This document shows, one piece after another, positions 1 through 10,447 of a stretch of DNA of 64,000 nt; positions within the stretch are counted from its first letter, which is position 1, and every line of letters begins with the position of its first letter. The stretch covers positions 1,184,001 to 1,248,000 of the forward strand of contig OY762007.1 in the NCBI GenBank assembly GCA_963665115.1. Direction: 5' to 3'. Position numbers and translations under genes: made by a program. This DNA comes from an uncultured Rivularia sp. GTDB taxonomy: Bacteria > Cyanobacteriota > Cyanobacteriia > Cyanobacteriales > Nostocaceae. A model generated the notes under the pieces. The model ran no database searches and was not told the DNA's origin. It saw nothing but the letters and a program-made list of their open reading frames with translations.

Positions 1-1059
1 TGGATTACCATTCTTAGGGGCTTTTTCATAGTTGCTATACCAGCTATCTTGACACCATTCCCAGACATTTCCGTGCATATCGTATAATCCAAAAGCATTA
101 GGAGGGAATTTACCGACTGGGGCTATCTGGTTTCGGAATTCTCCTTGTGATTCGTTTAAATATGTATTGTTAGCTTTGTAATTAGCTAATTCGCTGGTTA
201 TTGTTTTTCCATAGTGGAACGGTGTTGTTGCTCCCGCTCTACAAGCGTATTCCCATTCTGCTTCGGAAGGTAATCCGTATTTTTTTCCGGTTGCTTTTGA
301 TAATCTCGAACAAAATTCTACAGCATCATGCCAGGTTATATCGCATACAGGACGATTTTTCCCACCAAAAAAACGAGAATCCGGGTCTAAATCTAGATTT
401 ATCTTAGGTAATATAGCTACTGCTCTCCATTGTGCTTGAGTAACTGGATATTTCCCCATGAAGAAGGGTTTTATTGTGACTCTATGTTGGGGACGTTCGT
501 TATTGCTGCTTAATTTCTCTCTTTTTGGTGAACCCATCATAAAAGTACCACCAGGAATGTAAGCCATTTCCAAGGTTTTATCATTACCCAAATCTTCAAC
601 AAAATATTTAGCGTTAGCTAATCGCTGCTTTCGATAAAGTTGACGTTGGATAATTTTAGCCAGATTTTCAGTGAAGTATTTAGCTAAACTCTGCTGACGT
701 TGAATTATCTCACCACTACGATTTACCGTCACAACTTCAATCAACTCTAATTTCATACTTAGAGGTTGAAATTCTTGTAATGCTTTTTTAACTTTAAGTT
801 CGTTTCGGGGAATTAATAGAGAATAAGCTTTTGCTTGTACTAGTGGTGATTCATCTTCCAAAGCTTTGATGATTAAATCTATTCCTGCTTCTTTGTAATT
901 TAAAGCTTGTTCAACTGCTACTATTCTTATTTCTGGATTCGGATTATTTAATTTTCCCTTTACCCCTTGTATTCCACCAAGTACTGCTGCATCTTTTGAA
1001 GGTTGATTTTGACCACCCAATACTACGTCGTATGGTTTCGGATTTTGATTATCTGACAT
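1..1059 (-). CDS. FGE-sulfatase (SUMF1/EgtB/PvdO, CLec-fold) domain protein with N-terminal HEAT-like region; 3' end runs off the window
   Basis: Manual translation from ATG at 1059: MSDNQNPKPYDVVLGG...IPGGTFMMGS...MGKYPVTQAQW...LPSEAEWEYACRAG...PNAFGLYDMHGNVWEWCQD. Open to position 1. Confidence 0.85.
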   Translation of the reverse strand, partial: MSDNQNPKPYDVVLGGQNQPSKDAAVLGGIQGVKGKLNNPNPEIRIVAVEQALNYKEAGIDLIIKALEDESPLVQAKAYSLLIPRNELKVKKALQEFQPLSMKLELIEVVTVNRSGEIIQRQQSLAKYFTENLAKIIQRQLYRKQRLANAKYFVEDLGNDKTLEMAYIPGGTFMMGSPKREKLSSNNERPQHRVTIKPFFMGKYPVTQAQWRAVAILPKINLDLDPDSRFFGGKNRPVCDITWHDAVEFCSRLSKATGKKYGLPSEAEWEYACRAGATTPFHYGKTITSELANYKANNTYLNESQGEFRNQIAPVGKFPPNAFGLYDMHGNVWEWCQDSWYSNYEKAPKNGNP

Positions 1060-1115
1060 CTGAAAAACGAGGAACTTCTTTATATTTATTGTTCCCAGTT
1101 GATTTTGAAAAAGAA

Positions 1116-1263
1116 TCATTTCAATTCACAGACAACTCGAAAACCTATATAGCCGAAGTCATTAAAAACATCACCACGATTTCCTCGGGAGCAACGATAA
1201 CGGTGTGCGGAACGACATAAATCGGAACCTTCAATCCAAGAACCACCCCGTAGAACTCTCATC
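1116..1263 (-). pseudogene. Orphan C-terminal fragment of an FGE-sulfatase domain gene
   Basis: RVLRGGSW...CRSAHR...GFRVVC* is the FGE C-terminal motif. The upstream coding part is replaced by a dispersed repeat (1271-1368). Confidence 0.7.
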
Positions 1264-1270
1264 CTATTGA

Positions 1271-1368
1271 TAAGCTGTAACGCACTTAATTTGTATAGTA
1301 CTAGCGGGCAAGATGCCCGCACTACAATAATTCCAATTTTTTTTAATACAACTTAGCTGCACATCAGT
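1271..1368. mobile_element. MITE-like dispersed repeat (TAAGCTG...CAG(C/T)T ends, internal GCGGGCAAGATGCCCGC hairpin)
   Basis: Aligns to the reverse complement of 41509-41645. Confidence 0.65.
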
Positions 1369-1393
1369 TCAAAAGGAGGAAATCTCAAATCAT

Positions 1394-3328
1394 CTATGCC
1401 GAAAAATCAAACCCAAATACAGCATCATTAAAATCATTATCGCTTTCACCAAGATTACTGGGAAGGTCTTCAAAACCGAAGATATTGTTTCCACGAGCTT
1501 GTAAATGTGAAGCTCCATCGGGATTGGCTCCAACAAACCCAAAATAAGCTACTGCATCATCGCGGAATTCAGCAGCATTATTAAATGTATTTCCTTCTCC
1601 ACCTTCGCTTTCTACAAATCCATCAAAACCTAAATCCCCACCGTTAGCAATAATAAACGGAGAATACAAGGTTCCTCCATTCAAAATTACACTTCCAAAT
1701 TCTTCAACTGAGGTGTTTTGATCTTCATCTCCCGAACCACCGGCTTCGATGACAAAATTATCAATTCGGTTTTCAATTGCTGCTAATGCATAACCTTCCT
1801 GTCCGGGGAGTATATCACCTATACCATCATCGTTTGTGTCTATTGCTCCGCTGGCATCTGCGATTTCGTAAAAGCCGACAAGGTTGTCAAATGCTGCATC
1901 AGTTCCCAAATCCAACATATCGTCAGTTAGTCTAGCAACGATATCGGTTCCCGCATTTGTGGGAGTTGTATCGAATATTAAACTGCTGATTGAATTATCT
2001 TCGGCTGCATCAAATACAACATTGACAATTTCACCAGTCCCTGAATCGGGTGTTGGTGTTGGTTCAGTTTGCGATGTATCTCCAACATTTATCTGTACCG
2101 TTGCGGGTTCGGATGTCGAGGTACCGTCGCTAACTGTATAGGTAAAACTATCTGTTCCGTTAAATCCTTCGAGGGGAGTATAGGTAAATGAACCGTCGCT
2201 AGTAAATGTATAACTACCATTTTTAGGATTCTCGACAACCGTAGCGCTTAATCTATTCCCTTCAGCATCCGTATCGTTTGCTAATACTCCGCTATTTACA
2301 TCTACATTTAAAGGCTCTCCAATATCCGTTGTGTAACTATCATTTTGAGCTACTGGAGCGGTATTGGTGAGGGTTCCAACATTTATCTGTACCGTTGCGG
2401 GTTCGGATGTCGAGGTACCATCCCTAACTGTATAGGTAAAACTATCTGTTCCGTTAAATCCTTCAAGGGGAGTATATGTAAATGAACCATCGCCGGTAAA
2501 TGTAAGACTACCGCTATCGGGAGCGTCGGCAATCGTAGCATTTAATGTATTTCCTTCTGCATCGGTATCGTTTGCCAATACCCCGGCATCTACAGCTACT
2601 TGCAAAGGTTGATTTGCAGCCACGGTGTAGCTATCGTCTTGAACTACTGGAGCAGTATTACTTCCTGCGGGTGGAGCTTCAACATTTATCTGTACCGTTG
2701 CAGGCTCGGAAGTTAATTGACCATCGCTAACTGTATAGGTAAAACTGTCTGTTCCGCTAAATCCGTCCAGGGGAGTATATGTAAATGAACCATCGCTGGT
2801 AAAGCTATAACCACCACTAACGGGATTATCGACAATCGTAGCGCTTAGGCGATCGCCCTCGGTATCGGTATCATTTGCCAATACTCCAGCATTTACATCT
2901 ACATTTAAAGGTTGTGCCGAAGCAACTGTGTAACTATCATTTTGAGCTACTGGAGCGGTGTTGTTTCCTGGTTCAACATTTATCTGTACCGTTGCAGGTT
3001 CGGAAGTTAATTGACCATCGCTAACTGTATAGGCAAAGCTATCGGTTCCACTAAATCCATCAAGGGAAGTGTATGTAAATGAACCGTCGCTGCTAAAGGT
3101 ATAGCTACCACTATCGGGATTATCGACAATGGTTGCACTTAATGTATTGCCCTCAGCATCCGTATCATTTGTCAATACTCCGGAAGCTACATCTACATTT
3201 AAAGGTTGACCGGAAGCGGCTGTGTAAGTATCGTTTTGAGCAATTGGAGGGCTGTTTTCTACTTGTTGGGGTACTGGTTGCAGTTCATTCTCTTGTTCTT
3301 CTGGATTATTAATGATTTCAGGTTCCAT
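1394..3328 (-). CDS. Ig-like/cadherin-like (tandem-95-type) repeat protein with DUF4114-like C-terminal domain
   Basis: Four ~99-aa repeats (APVAQNDSYT...GVLANDTD.EG...DGSFTYTP..GF.GTDSFTYTVSDG). C-terminal FGFEDLP...DNDFNDAV motif. Confidence 0.85.
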   Translation of the reverse strand: MEPEIINNPEEQENELQPVPQQVENSPPIAQNDTYTAASGQPLNVDVASGVLTNDTDAEGNTLSATIVDNPDSGSYTFSSDGSFTYTSLDGFSGTDSFAYTVSDGQLTSEPATVQINVEPGNNTAPVAQNDSYTVASAQPLNVDVNAGVLANDTDTEGDRLSATIVDNPVSGGYSFTSDGSFTYTPLDGFSGTDSFTYTVSDGQLTSEPATVQINVEAPPAGSNTAPVVQDDSYTVAANQPLQVAVDAGVLANDTDAEGNTLNATIADAPDSGSLTFTGDGSFTYTPLEGFNGTDSFTYTVRDGTSTSEPATVQINVGTLTNTAPVAQNDSYTTDIGEPLNVDVNSGVLANDTDAEGNRLSATVVENPKNGSYTFTSDGSFTYTPLEGFNGTDSFTYTVSDGTSTSEPATVQINVGDTSQTEPTPTPDSGTGEIVNVVFDAAEDNSISSLIFDTTPTNAGTDIVARLTDDMLDLGTDAAFDNLVGFYEIADASGAIDTNDDGIGDILPGQEGYALAAIENRIDNFVIEAGGSGDEDQNTSVEEFGSVILNGGTLYSPFIIANGGDLGFDGFVESEGGEGNTFNNAAEFRDDAVAYFGFVGANPDGASHLQARGNNIFGFEDLPSNLGESDNDFNDAVFGFDFSA

Positions 3329-3724
3329 ATTTCTATTGCTAAAACTACACTACAGTTCAAATCTTTAGGTCAATTGGTCATCTATTTTACAAAGGGTTAA
3401 TAGCCTTTATATAACTTCGATCAAGAATTGCAAATAATCCTAAAGGAATAGAACGGCAAATTAAAATTGCTTTAAGTGCATTAATAGCAGAACTATAGAT
3501 AATCCAAATATTTAACCCGGTAATGGTATACAGATATTTTATAATTGGAGATTGGGGGGATTTTTTTTATGCTGGTAGGTTGATGTGAGGAATTTCAAAG
3601 TTAAAAGATGATGAGTTTTTTGATGTCCGATTGATTTTTTCTAACAGATGTTCTTGTGGTGTTACGACTTCTGCTATTTTCTATGAGAAAAACCCCCGTA
3701 AATGGGGGAATATATCGGTTTTTG

Positions 3725-3934
3725 TTACTGCATTGCTGCTTCAGCAAGTGCTTCTAAATGAAAAGAAACGTTTTTGAGCGACATTTCAATTTCGTTACTG
3801 TAAGAAAGCTTTCTCCACATTCGAGTTGTAGCATTATCCAGAGCGGTTGAATCCAAGTATTGGGCAAAAATTACTAACCTTTCCGAATCTGTTTTTGCTT
3901 GTGCCAAACTTTCTAAAAATTCTTGAGGTGCCAT
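3725..3934 (-). CDS. small hypothetical protein (69 aa)
   Basis: GGAG RBS upstream of the ATG; hairpin with U-tract downstream (3688-3708). Confidence 0.55.
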   Translation of the reverse strand: MAPQEFLESLAQAKTDSERLVIFAQYLDSTALDNATTRMWRKLSYSNEIEMSLKNVSFHLEALAEAAMQ

Positions 3935-4167
3935 TGTTTACAACTCCATTGATGTTCGCTTTTTGAGTCTTTATATTTTTGCCACAACTGGATTTAAAAT
4001 TCTGATATCTGCTTACCTTGATTCAATAATTTTTGATTTTAATTAGTAGGATGTTTTACGCAATTAATTTGTATAGTACCCTTCGTGCAAGATGTATGTC
4101 CTGACGGACACACTGAGCCGCACTTCGTGAACGTTAACGCACTACAAATTAGATCGTGCCGTAACGC

Positions 4168-4417
4168 ACATCTTGCACCTTTGTTAGCTTTCACAATCGC
4201 CTTGGAATAAATTCCCAGGCTGATATACCAAGTCTGATAAATCAGATTGGGCATGGCTTTTAGTGCGTTTTAACGTACTTAGTATATTAGCCTTGAAATT
4301 GATTTCTCTGCGTTCACGCGGCTAGCGGAGCGTACCGTAGGTATTGCGTGCGGGCTAGAAAGCCTCCGGCTTACAAGGCGGGAAATCGGGCTTAACAATA
4401 ATGGTGCAAGATATCAG
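4168..4417. mobile_element. MITE with ACATCTTGCACC / GGTGCAAGATATC terminal inverted repeats and a nested small insert
   Basis: Homologous to 37577-37747 (shared CGCCTTGGAATAAATTCCCAGGCT core). GTAACGC flanks both sides. Confidence 0.7.
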
Positions 4418-4594
4418 GTAACGCACCATCAGCAATTAGAAATCTCCGCAAATAAAAAAGAACTGCATACAAACCTAATTCCAGGTTTATCTTCTTACAT
4501 CCATATGCCGGGTATTAATCCTGACACTGAAATATAATGCGAATATAATGTGATTAATAATATCAATTTTTGATTTACTCTTTAATCTACCGCA

Positions 4595-6824
4595 ATGGAT
4601 GATAATTCAATACAGCCATCTATCGCTGCTTTAAAAGAAAACATAACCCAGGCACAATTAGTAGCAGCTTCCTCGACTACCAACCCCGATTTATTGCGGG
4701 AATTAGCATTATTTAACGATGAAAAAACTCGCGAAGCAGTTGCGAGTAATGCGAATACTCCACCCGACGTGCTTGTACAGCTAGGAGAAGAATTTCCATC
4801 TCAATTGTTAGATAATCCCGTATTTCCACTATTGCTTTTAGAAAATCCTAATTTTATTAGAGAAATTCCTTTAACTACTTTGAGGAGTATTCTTCAACAG
4901 GAAAACGTTCCGGATTACATCTTGGAGCAAGCAGCAGATAAAGCAGATATGGGAGTGCAATTAGCGCTTGCTAATAATATTAAAACTAGTAGAAGTATTT
5001 TAAATCGGTTGAGTCAAAGCCGAAATTCCGAGGTTGTGGAAGCTGCGAATTTACACGTTAATCTTGTGGGGGAATTGACGGAGGGAGTTGAGGAGAAGAT
5101 TGAGGAGTTGGTTCAAAAAGTTATACCTTCTGGCTACCAAAATGATATTCGTAATCTTACATTTGTCCTTGCTCAAATCTGTTGTATTCCAAAATTTATT
5201 ATACAAGTTTGGGTTCAGGAAAAAACCTACATGATTATGTGTAGAGAGCTTGCTGAGTCTTTTGCTACTACTCCAAATATTCTTAAGTACTTAGCAAATC
5301 ATACCGATAGTTATACACGCATAAAATTAGCCATAAATCCTAATACCCCGACGGAAACTTTACATAAATTAGCAAATGAGCAACCTTCGTATATAGCTAG
5401 ATATGTAGCTATGAACCCTAGCACAACCAATGATTTATTAGAGATTTTGAGCAAACGTGAAGATAAAGAATTGGTTCTTCTTGTTGCTCAAAATGATAAT
5501 ACTCCCTTACCCGTGCTTCAAGAATTAACAAAAGATGTTGACAGAAGAATTGCACAAGCTGCCACCAAAAATTTAGGAGAGCAACAAGGAGAATACGAGG
5601 AGCAAGCAATTAGAAAAAAACCAGAAATTTCCACCGAAATTTTAGAAAAATTTGCACTAAAAGACCCCAAAAACTGTTGCTGAGCTACGGTATACACCCC
5701 CTAAATTGCTTTCCAAGTTATTCCAAAACGTTAATGAAAAACAAAAAAATGCTTTAGCCGTATATGAAAATATCGCTAGAAATCCAAATACACCAGTCAC
5801 AATTTTAGAACAGTTAGCTCACAATGAAAGTAGTTTTGTTAGACAGGCAGTTGCTATAAATTCTAGTACACCAACAAATATTTTATTTAAGCAGTTAGCA
5901 AGGGATGTACAAGTATACTGGAAAATTGCTGGGATGATGTCAACTGTAAAATCCAACGAGTACATTGAAGAAGACAATATATTAGATATTTTTGCGGAAG
6001 AAAGTACTAATTCTTTAGAAAACATTTTACAAAGATTAATACAAGAGGGAGGCTCATCTGCTCGTTTATTTTTAGCTCGTCGCTTTGATTTATCTACTGA
6101 TTTATTAGCAAAATTAGCTCAAACTTCGGAAGTTAGAGTCTGCGAAGCTGTAGCTCAGAATCCTAATACCTCTATTAGTACTTTGGATAAACTAGCCCAA
6201 TCACCAGAAACAGAAATTCGTCAAGCAGTTGCTCAAAATATTAATACATCAATCGAGAGTTTAGAAAAACTAACCCAATCACCAGAAACAGAAATTCGTC
6301 AAGTAGTTGCTCAAAATCCGAATACACCAATAAATCTTTTAGAAAAATTAGCTAAAGATAGAGACAGCAAAGTTCGGATGCATATTGCTTCAAATACTAA
6401 AGTGCCATCTAAAATTATAGATGAATTAGCGAATGACGAATCATTTGAAGTTTTCACACAAGCATTTAGGAATCCTTGCTTATCAACAAAAACTGTAGAA
6501 CGTATTCTTTGTAGTCAATATGCATCTTATTATATAAATTTTAATCCCGATTATCTCTCTTATCATCCGAACGTTAAGGCTTCAGTAATCAATCATTATG
6601 CTAATGTAGAACATTCTTCGATTTGGTTCAGTTTAATAATTTTAATTCAACCAGAAATTACCCAAGAATTACTACAGAAAAAAAGCATTTCTATTAGCTG
6701 GTTAGAACGTTTTGCTGTAGCTCAGAATCCACGAGCCGATAAAATTATCCTAAATAAGTTAGCTGAAGATTGTAACCAATTCGTTCGAGCAGCGGCAAAA
6801 GGTACAATTATATCCCTTGCATAA
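4595..6824 (+). CDS. Leucine-rich-variant/HEAT repeat protein (~742 aa), split by a +1 homopolymer frameshift at 5665-5673
   Basis: Repeats of VRxAVAxNPNTPxxxLxxLA in both ORFs. Removing one base gives continuous ...KDPKTVAELRYTPPKLLS... Confidence 0.8.
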
Positions 6825-6852
6825 TGAATTCCAACAAAAATAAATAATAACT

Positions 6853-8964
6853 ATGCTTCCAGAAAAACAAGATTCAAAAATAAAAAAAACAGATGCTTCT
6901 AAAGAATTCCAAGACATCAGAGGTGCTGAAGGATTACTAGCAGCATATCAAAAAGGAGAACGTAATTTTCCTAACATTGACTTAGAAAATGCTGATTTAA
7001 GTACGGCTAACTTAACAGGAATTAACTTGAAGGGAGCTAACCTGAAAAGAGCTAATTTAGTAAGAGTAGATTTCCAATGTGCAGACTTAAGTGAAGCTAA
7101 TCTAAGCAATGCAAACCTTGAAGAATCAAAGTTAGATGCTGCTAATTTAAAGAATGCAATTTTAATAGAAAGTAATCTTAATTATGCTTATATGGCTCGT
7201 GCTGAATTGGTAGGAGCACAACTTCAAGGAGCTAAGTTAAAAAATGCGGATTTAACAGCAGCTAATCTGCAAAAATGTGTTTTGAATAAAGCTAATTGCT
7301 CGGGAGTAAGATTACGAAAAGCTAAATTGCAAGAAGCTAGTTTAATACAAGCTTATTTACGAAAAGGTAAATTACAGTTAGCAAATTTTAGAAATGCTAA
7401 TTTACAAAAAGCTGATTTATCTGAAACTGAATTAAAAGGAGCAATATTAACAAAAACTGATCTAAGAGGAACAAATATAGCTCAAGCGAGACAGGGAAAT
7501 TTTGACTTAGCAATTTTAGGTAATCTAGCTAAAAAAATTGAAGAATCTCTACATCTGAGTGTCGAAATATGGAGATCAGATGGGTCATCTTTTGCCTTTA
7601 GTCCTGATAGTAAAATGCTTGCATACACTGCTTCTAGAGATGAACATATTATTTTGATTAATACTAATACTGGTAAACCAATTAATAAGATAAATATTCA
7701 ATCGGAACCAGTCGTCTCAGTTTTTTTTGGTACGAATGGAATAAATATCTACGAAAGTTTTTATGTTAATGAGTTGAAAGTGTGGAATCCAGTAACAGGG
7801 AATTTAATTCAAAATCTTAAAAACCATCCTGCTAATATTACTTCTAGCGTATTTGATGGTAATGGTGAAATTTTTGACGTGATAGGAACAGGGAAACCCT
7901 TGGAGCTATTTGATCTTGGTCATGAGACACGAACCTTAAAGGGTTATTCTAGTGAGATTTTAACTAAAGCACATAGCCCAGATGGACAATTTACAGCTAG
8001 AAGCGGATCGGATACAGATGGTCAAATCGAACTACTTGATAGAGAAACTGGTAAACGAATTTGCATTCTTACCGGACATAAAGATCCAGTACAGTCTTTA
8101 GCTTTTAGTCCCAATAGCAAAATATTAGCCAGCAAAAGTATTAAAGATTTTAAGTTATGGCAAATTGGAACCAACGAAGAAATATACAGTAAATACTTCT
8201 CATCAAGACGAACATTCTACCCTACCGTTGCTTTTACTCAGGCAAAAAATCAGTCACATCCAGTTTTAGTTAGTAGCGATTTTTGGGATGAATTGTATCA
8301 TCGAGATACTTTAACTGGTAACAATGATGGTAATAAGTGGAAGATAATAATTCGAGATTCAACAGATACTGCTGTTCATGCTTTAAGTACAGATGGAAAA
8401 ATATTAGCGAGACGCTATGGAAATCAACCAGTTCAATTATGGAATTTACAAACTAGAAAAGAATTAGGTGCTATAAATTTAGCTCAAGAATATTATAGAT
8501 TAGCACTTAGCTCAACTGGCGATATTCTTGCAGTATGGGATTATGAAAAAGAAATTGAGTTGTGGGATGTTAGAACTAATAAACTAATTAATAGTTTTAT
8601 GGCCGATCCTGACGAACACGGGCAAATTGCATTTAGCGCTGATGATAAAATGCTTGCTATCGGCATTAAGGACTACAAAATTAAACTGTGGAATTTATAT
8701 AAAAATTCTGAGATAACAACTTTTCAAGAATATTCTTTTATATATGCTTTAGCATTTAGTCCTTCAGAGCAAATTTTAGCTTCTGGTAACTCTGATGGTG
8801 TAATAAGATTATGGGATTTAGAAACAATGAAGGAAATTTACTATTTCAACCAAGGAAGACCTGACAACTATAATTTAGAATTAAAATTTAGCCCAAATGG
8901 AAAATTTTTAGCAAGTAATGATGGAAGCAAAATTAAATTATGGAAACTGAAACACTCATCATAA
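6853..8964 (+). CDS. Pentapeptide-repeat + WD40-repeat protein
   Basis: N-terminal A(D/N)LxxA(N/D)L repeats. C-terminal GH..V.SLAFSP and LASG..DG.IRLWD repeats. Confidence 0.9.
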   Translation: MLPEKQDSKIKKTDASKEFQDIRGAEGLLAAYQKGERNFPNIDLENADLSTANLTGINLKGANLKRANLVRVDFQCADLSEANLSNANLEESKLDAANLKNAILIESNLNYAYMARAELVGAQLQGAKLKNADLTAANLQKCVLNKANCSGVRLRKAKLQEASLIQAYLRKGKLQLANFRNANLQKADLSETELKGAILTKTDLRGTNIAQARQGNFDLAILGNLAKKIEESLHLSVEIWRSDGSSFAFSPDSKMLAYTASRDEHIILINTNTGKPINKINIQSEPVVSVFFGTNGINIYESFYVNELKVWNPVTGNLIQNLKNHPANITSSVFDGNGEIFDVIGTGKPLELFDLGHETRTLKGYSSEILTKAHSPDGQFTARSGSDTDGQIELLDRETGKRICILTGHKDPVQSLAFSPNSKILASKSIKDFKLWQIGTNEEIYSKYFSSRRTFYPTVAFTQAKNQSHPVLVSSDFWDELYHRDTLTGNNDGNKWKIIIRDSTDTAVHALSTDGKILARRYGNQPVQLWNLQTRKELGAINLAQEYYRLALSSTGDILAVWDYEKEIELWDVRTNKLINSFMADPDEHGQIAFSADDKMLAIGIKDYKIKLWNLYKNSEITTFQEYSFIYALAFSPSEQILASGNSDGVIRLWDLETMKEIYYFNQGRPDNYNLELKFSPNGKFLASNDGSKIKLWKLKHSS

Positions 8965-8970
8965 AATCCC

Positions 8971-10251
8971 TTAATCCGACAACAACCGTACCGCTTCCCC
9001 AAACGGAAACCCTTGCAACTCCAACCCCCCAGGAGTCACCACCCACAACACGGGTAATTGCGGTGCTGCATCCGGGAAAGTACCGTAGCCATCGGTCAAA
9101 TAAATACAGACACTTTGAGTATACCCATCCCAATTTTCTGCAACTTTCTCAAAAAAGGGTACAAATGAAGTTCCACCTCCTCCCTCTGGTTTCGGTAATG
9201 TCATATCAGGACTAAGTTCATAAGGGCCGTAAGCTTCTGCATCAGCATAATAAAGCTCGCATTTTAAATGTGGATATGAACTTAATATTCCCCCTACTTC
9301 GTTCAAAAACATTAATAATTGCTGGTTATCAACCGAACCGCTAGTATCTACAGCCAGATATACTTGGATACTTTCACCTTGCAGAGTTTCTAAATATAGT
9401 CCCCTGCCGATAAAACGACGGTCAAAACCGCTAAAATCAGTAGGTGTCTGCACTAAATAACGCCAAAGATAACTTCGCCAATTTATTTGAGCGGCGCTTA
9501 ATGCTCCTAATTCCCGTTCCATTCCTGCTGGAAGTGTACCTTGATTCACCGTCCGAGCAATTACGGAAGCTTGTTGTAATGCATTTCGCCAATGTTCTTC
9601 TAAAGCTGCTTTTCTTTTTACTGAAAGACTGTGTTTGCTTGTAAAATTTGTAGAATCTAAACGATTGTCACCTGTTTTTTCAACGCGAAGCCCCCCTTTT
9701 TTAAGGGGGGTTGGGGGGATCTGAATATTTGGGTTATTGTCGTTGTGTAAATCCCGTGAGTTACGAGAAGACGAAGCATCACTAGGAGCTTCAGTTAATA
9801 AATCGGGATTAACCAGCTTTAATGATTTAGAAGTATTATTCGTATTTTTCAACAGCAATTCATAAATTTCTTCTACACTCAAATCCTCCAATTTTTTATC
9901 TCTTAAACCTCCCGGAGGTAGTTCAAATACACCTTGTTTATAAATAATTCCATTCACAACAATATCTGCGGCAATATTCCATAATTCTGCTTCTCGCACA
10001 CCTTGACGCGGTACGTGGAGCAGTGCAGCGTGTAATACTTCATGTAATAAAAGTCCATCTTGTTGAGCGACGGGTAATGAATGTAAATATTCGGGATTGT
10101 AAAATATATCTTTGCCGTCAGTAGCAGCACTTGTTAATTGTTGCGATGGAATAAAGCGAGCAAATAAAGCCAAAATAGCGAAAAATGGCGATTTCATCCG
10201 CAAACGTAATAGGGATGCACTGATGATTCGGGAATTGGTTTGGGTGTTCAT
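8971..10251 (-). CDS. DUF2201-family putative metallopeptidase + vWA domain protein
   Basis: AATDG, HEVLH (HExxH), WNIAAD motifs; MIDAS AVDTSGS, GGGTSF, YLTDG. Confidence 0.85.
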   Translation of the reverse strand: MNTQTNSRIISASLLRLRMKSPFFAILALFARFIPSQQLTSAATDGKDIFYNPEYLHSLPVAQQDGLLLHEVLHAALLHVPRQGVREAELWNIAADIVVNGIIYKQGVFELPPGGLRDKKLEDLSVEEIYELLLKNTNNTSKSLKLVNPDLLTEAPSDASSSRNSRDLHNDNNPNIQIPPTPLKKGGLRVEKTGDNRLDSTNFTSKHSLSVKRKAALEEHWRNALQQASVIARTVNQGTLPAGMERELGALSAAQINWRSYLWRYLVQTPTDFSGFDRRFIGRGLYLETLQGESIQVYLAVDTSGSVDNQQLLMFLNEVGGILSSYPHLKCELYYADAEAYGPYELSPDMTLPKPEGGGGTSFVPFFEKVAENWDGYTQSVCIYLTDGYGTFPDAAPQLPVLWVVTPGGLELQGFPFGEAVRLLSD

Positions 10252-10447
10252 GGGGGGAGAGGGGACAAGGAGACAAGGGAGGGAATAATAAATCGAGTTT
10301 ATGATGATTCAAATATATGAATTAAAATGTGCTGAAATCTTTACCCAGTCCTATTCATAGGACTTTCGCTATTAGCTTGGGGTTTGCAACCCCAAGGGTG
10401 GGAATATTCACCAATCAATTTGATATAACCCAAGCGGGTGGGAATAT

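Noticed and set aside
1116..1263. DGR template repeat
   Set aside because: Lacks AAC/AAT enrichment; no RT or avd gene in the window.
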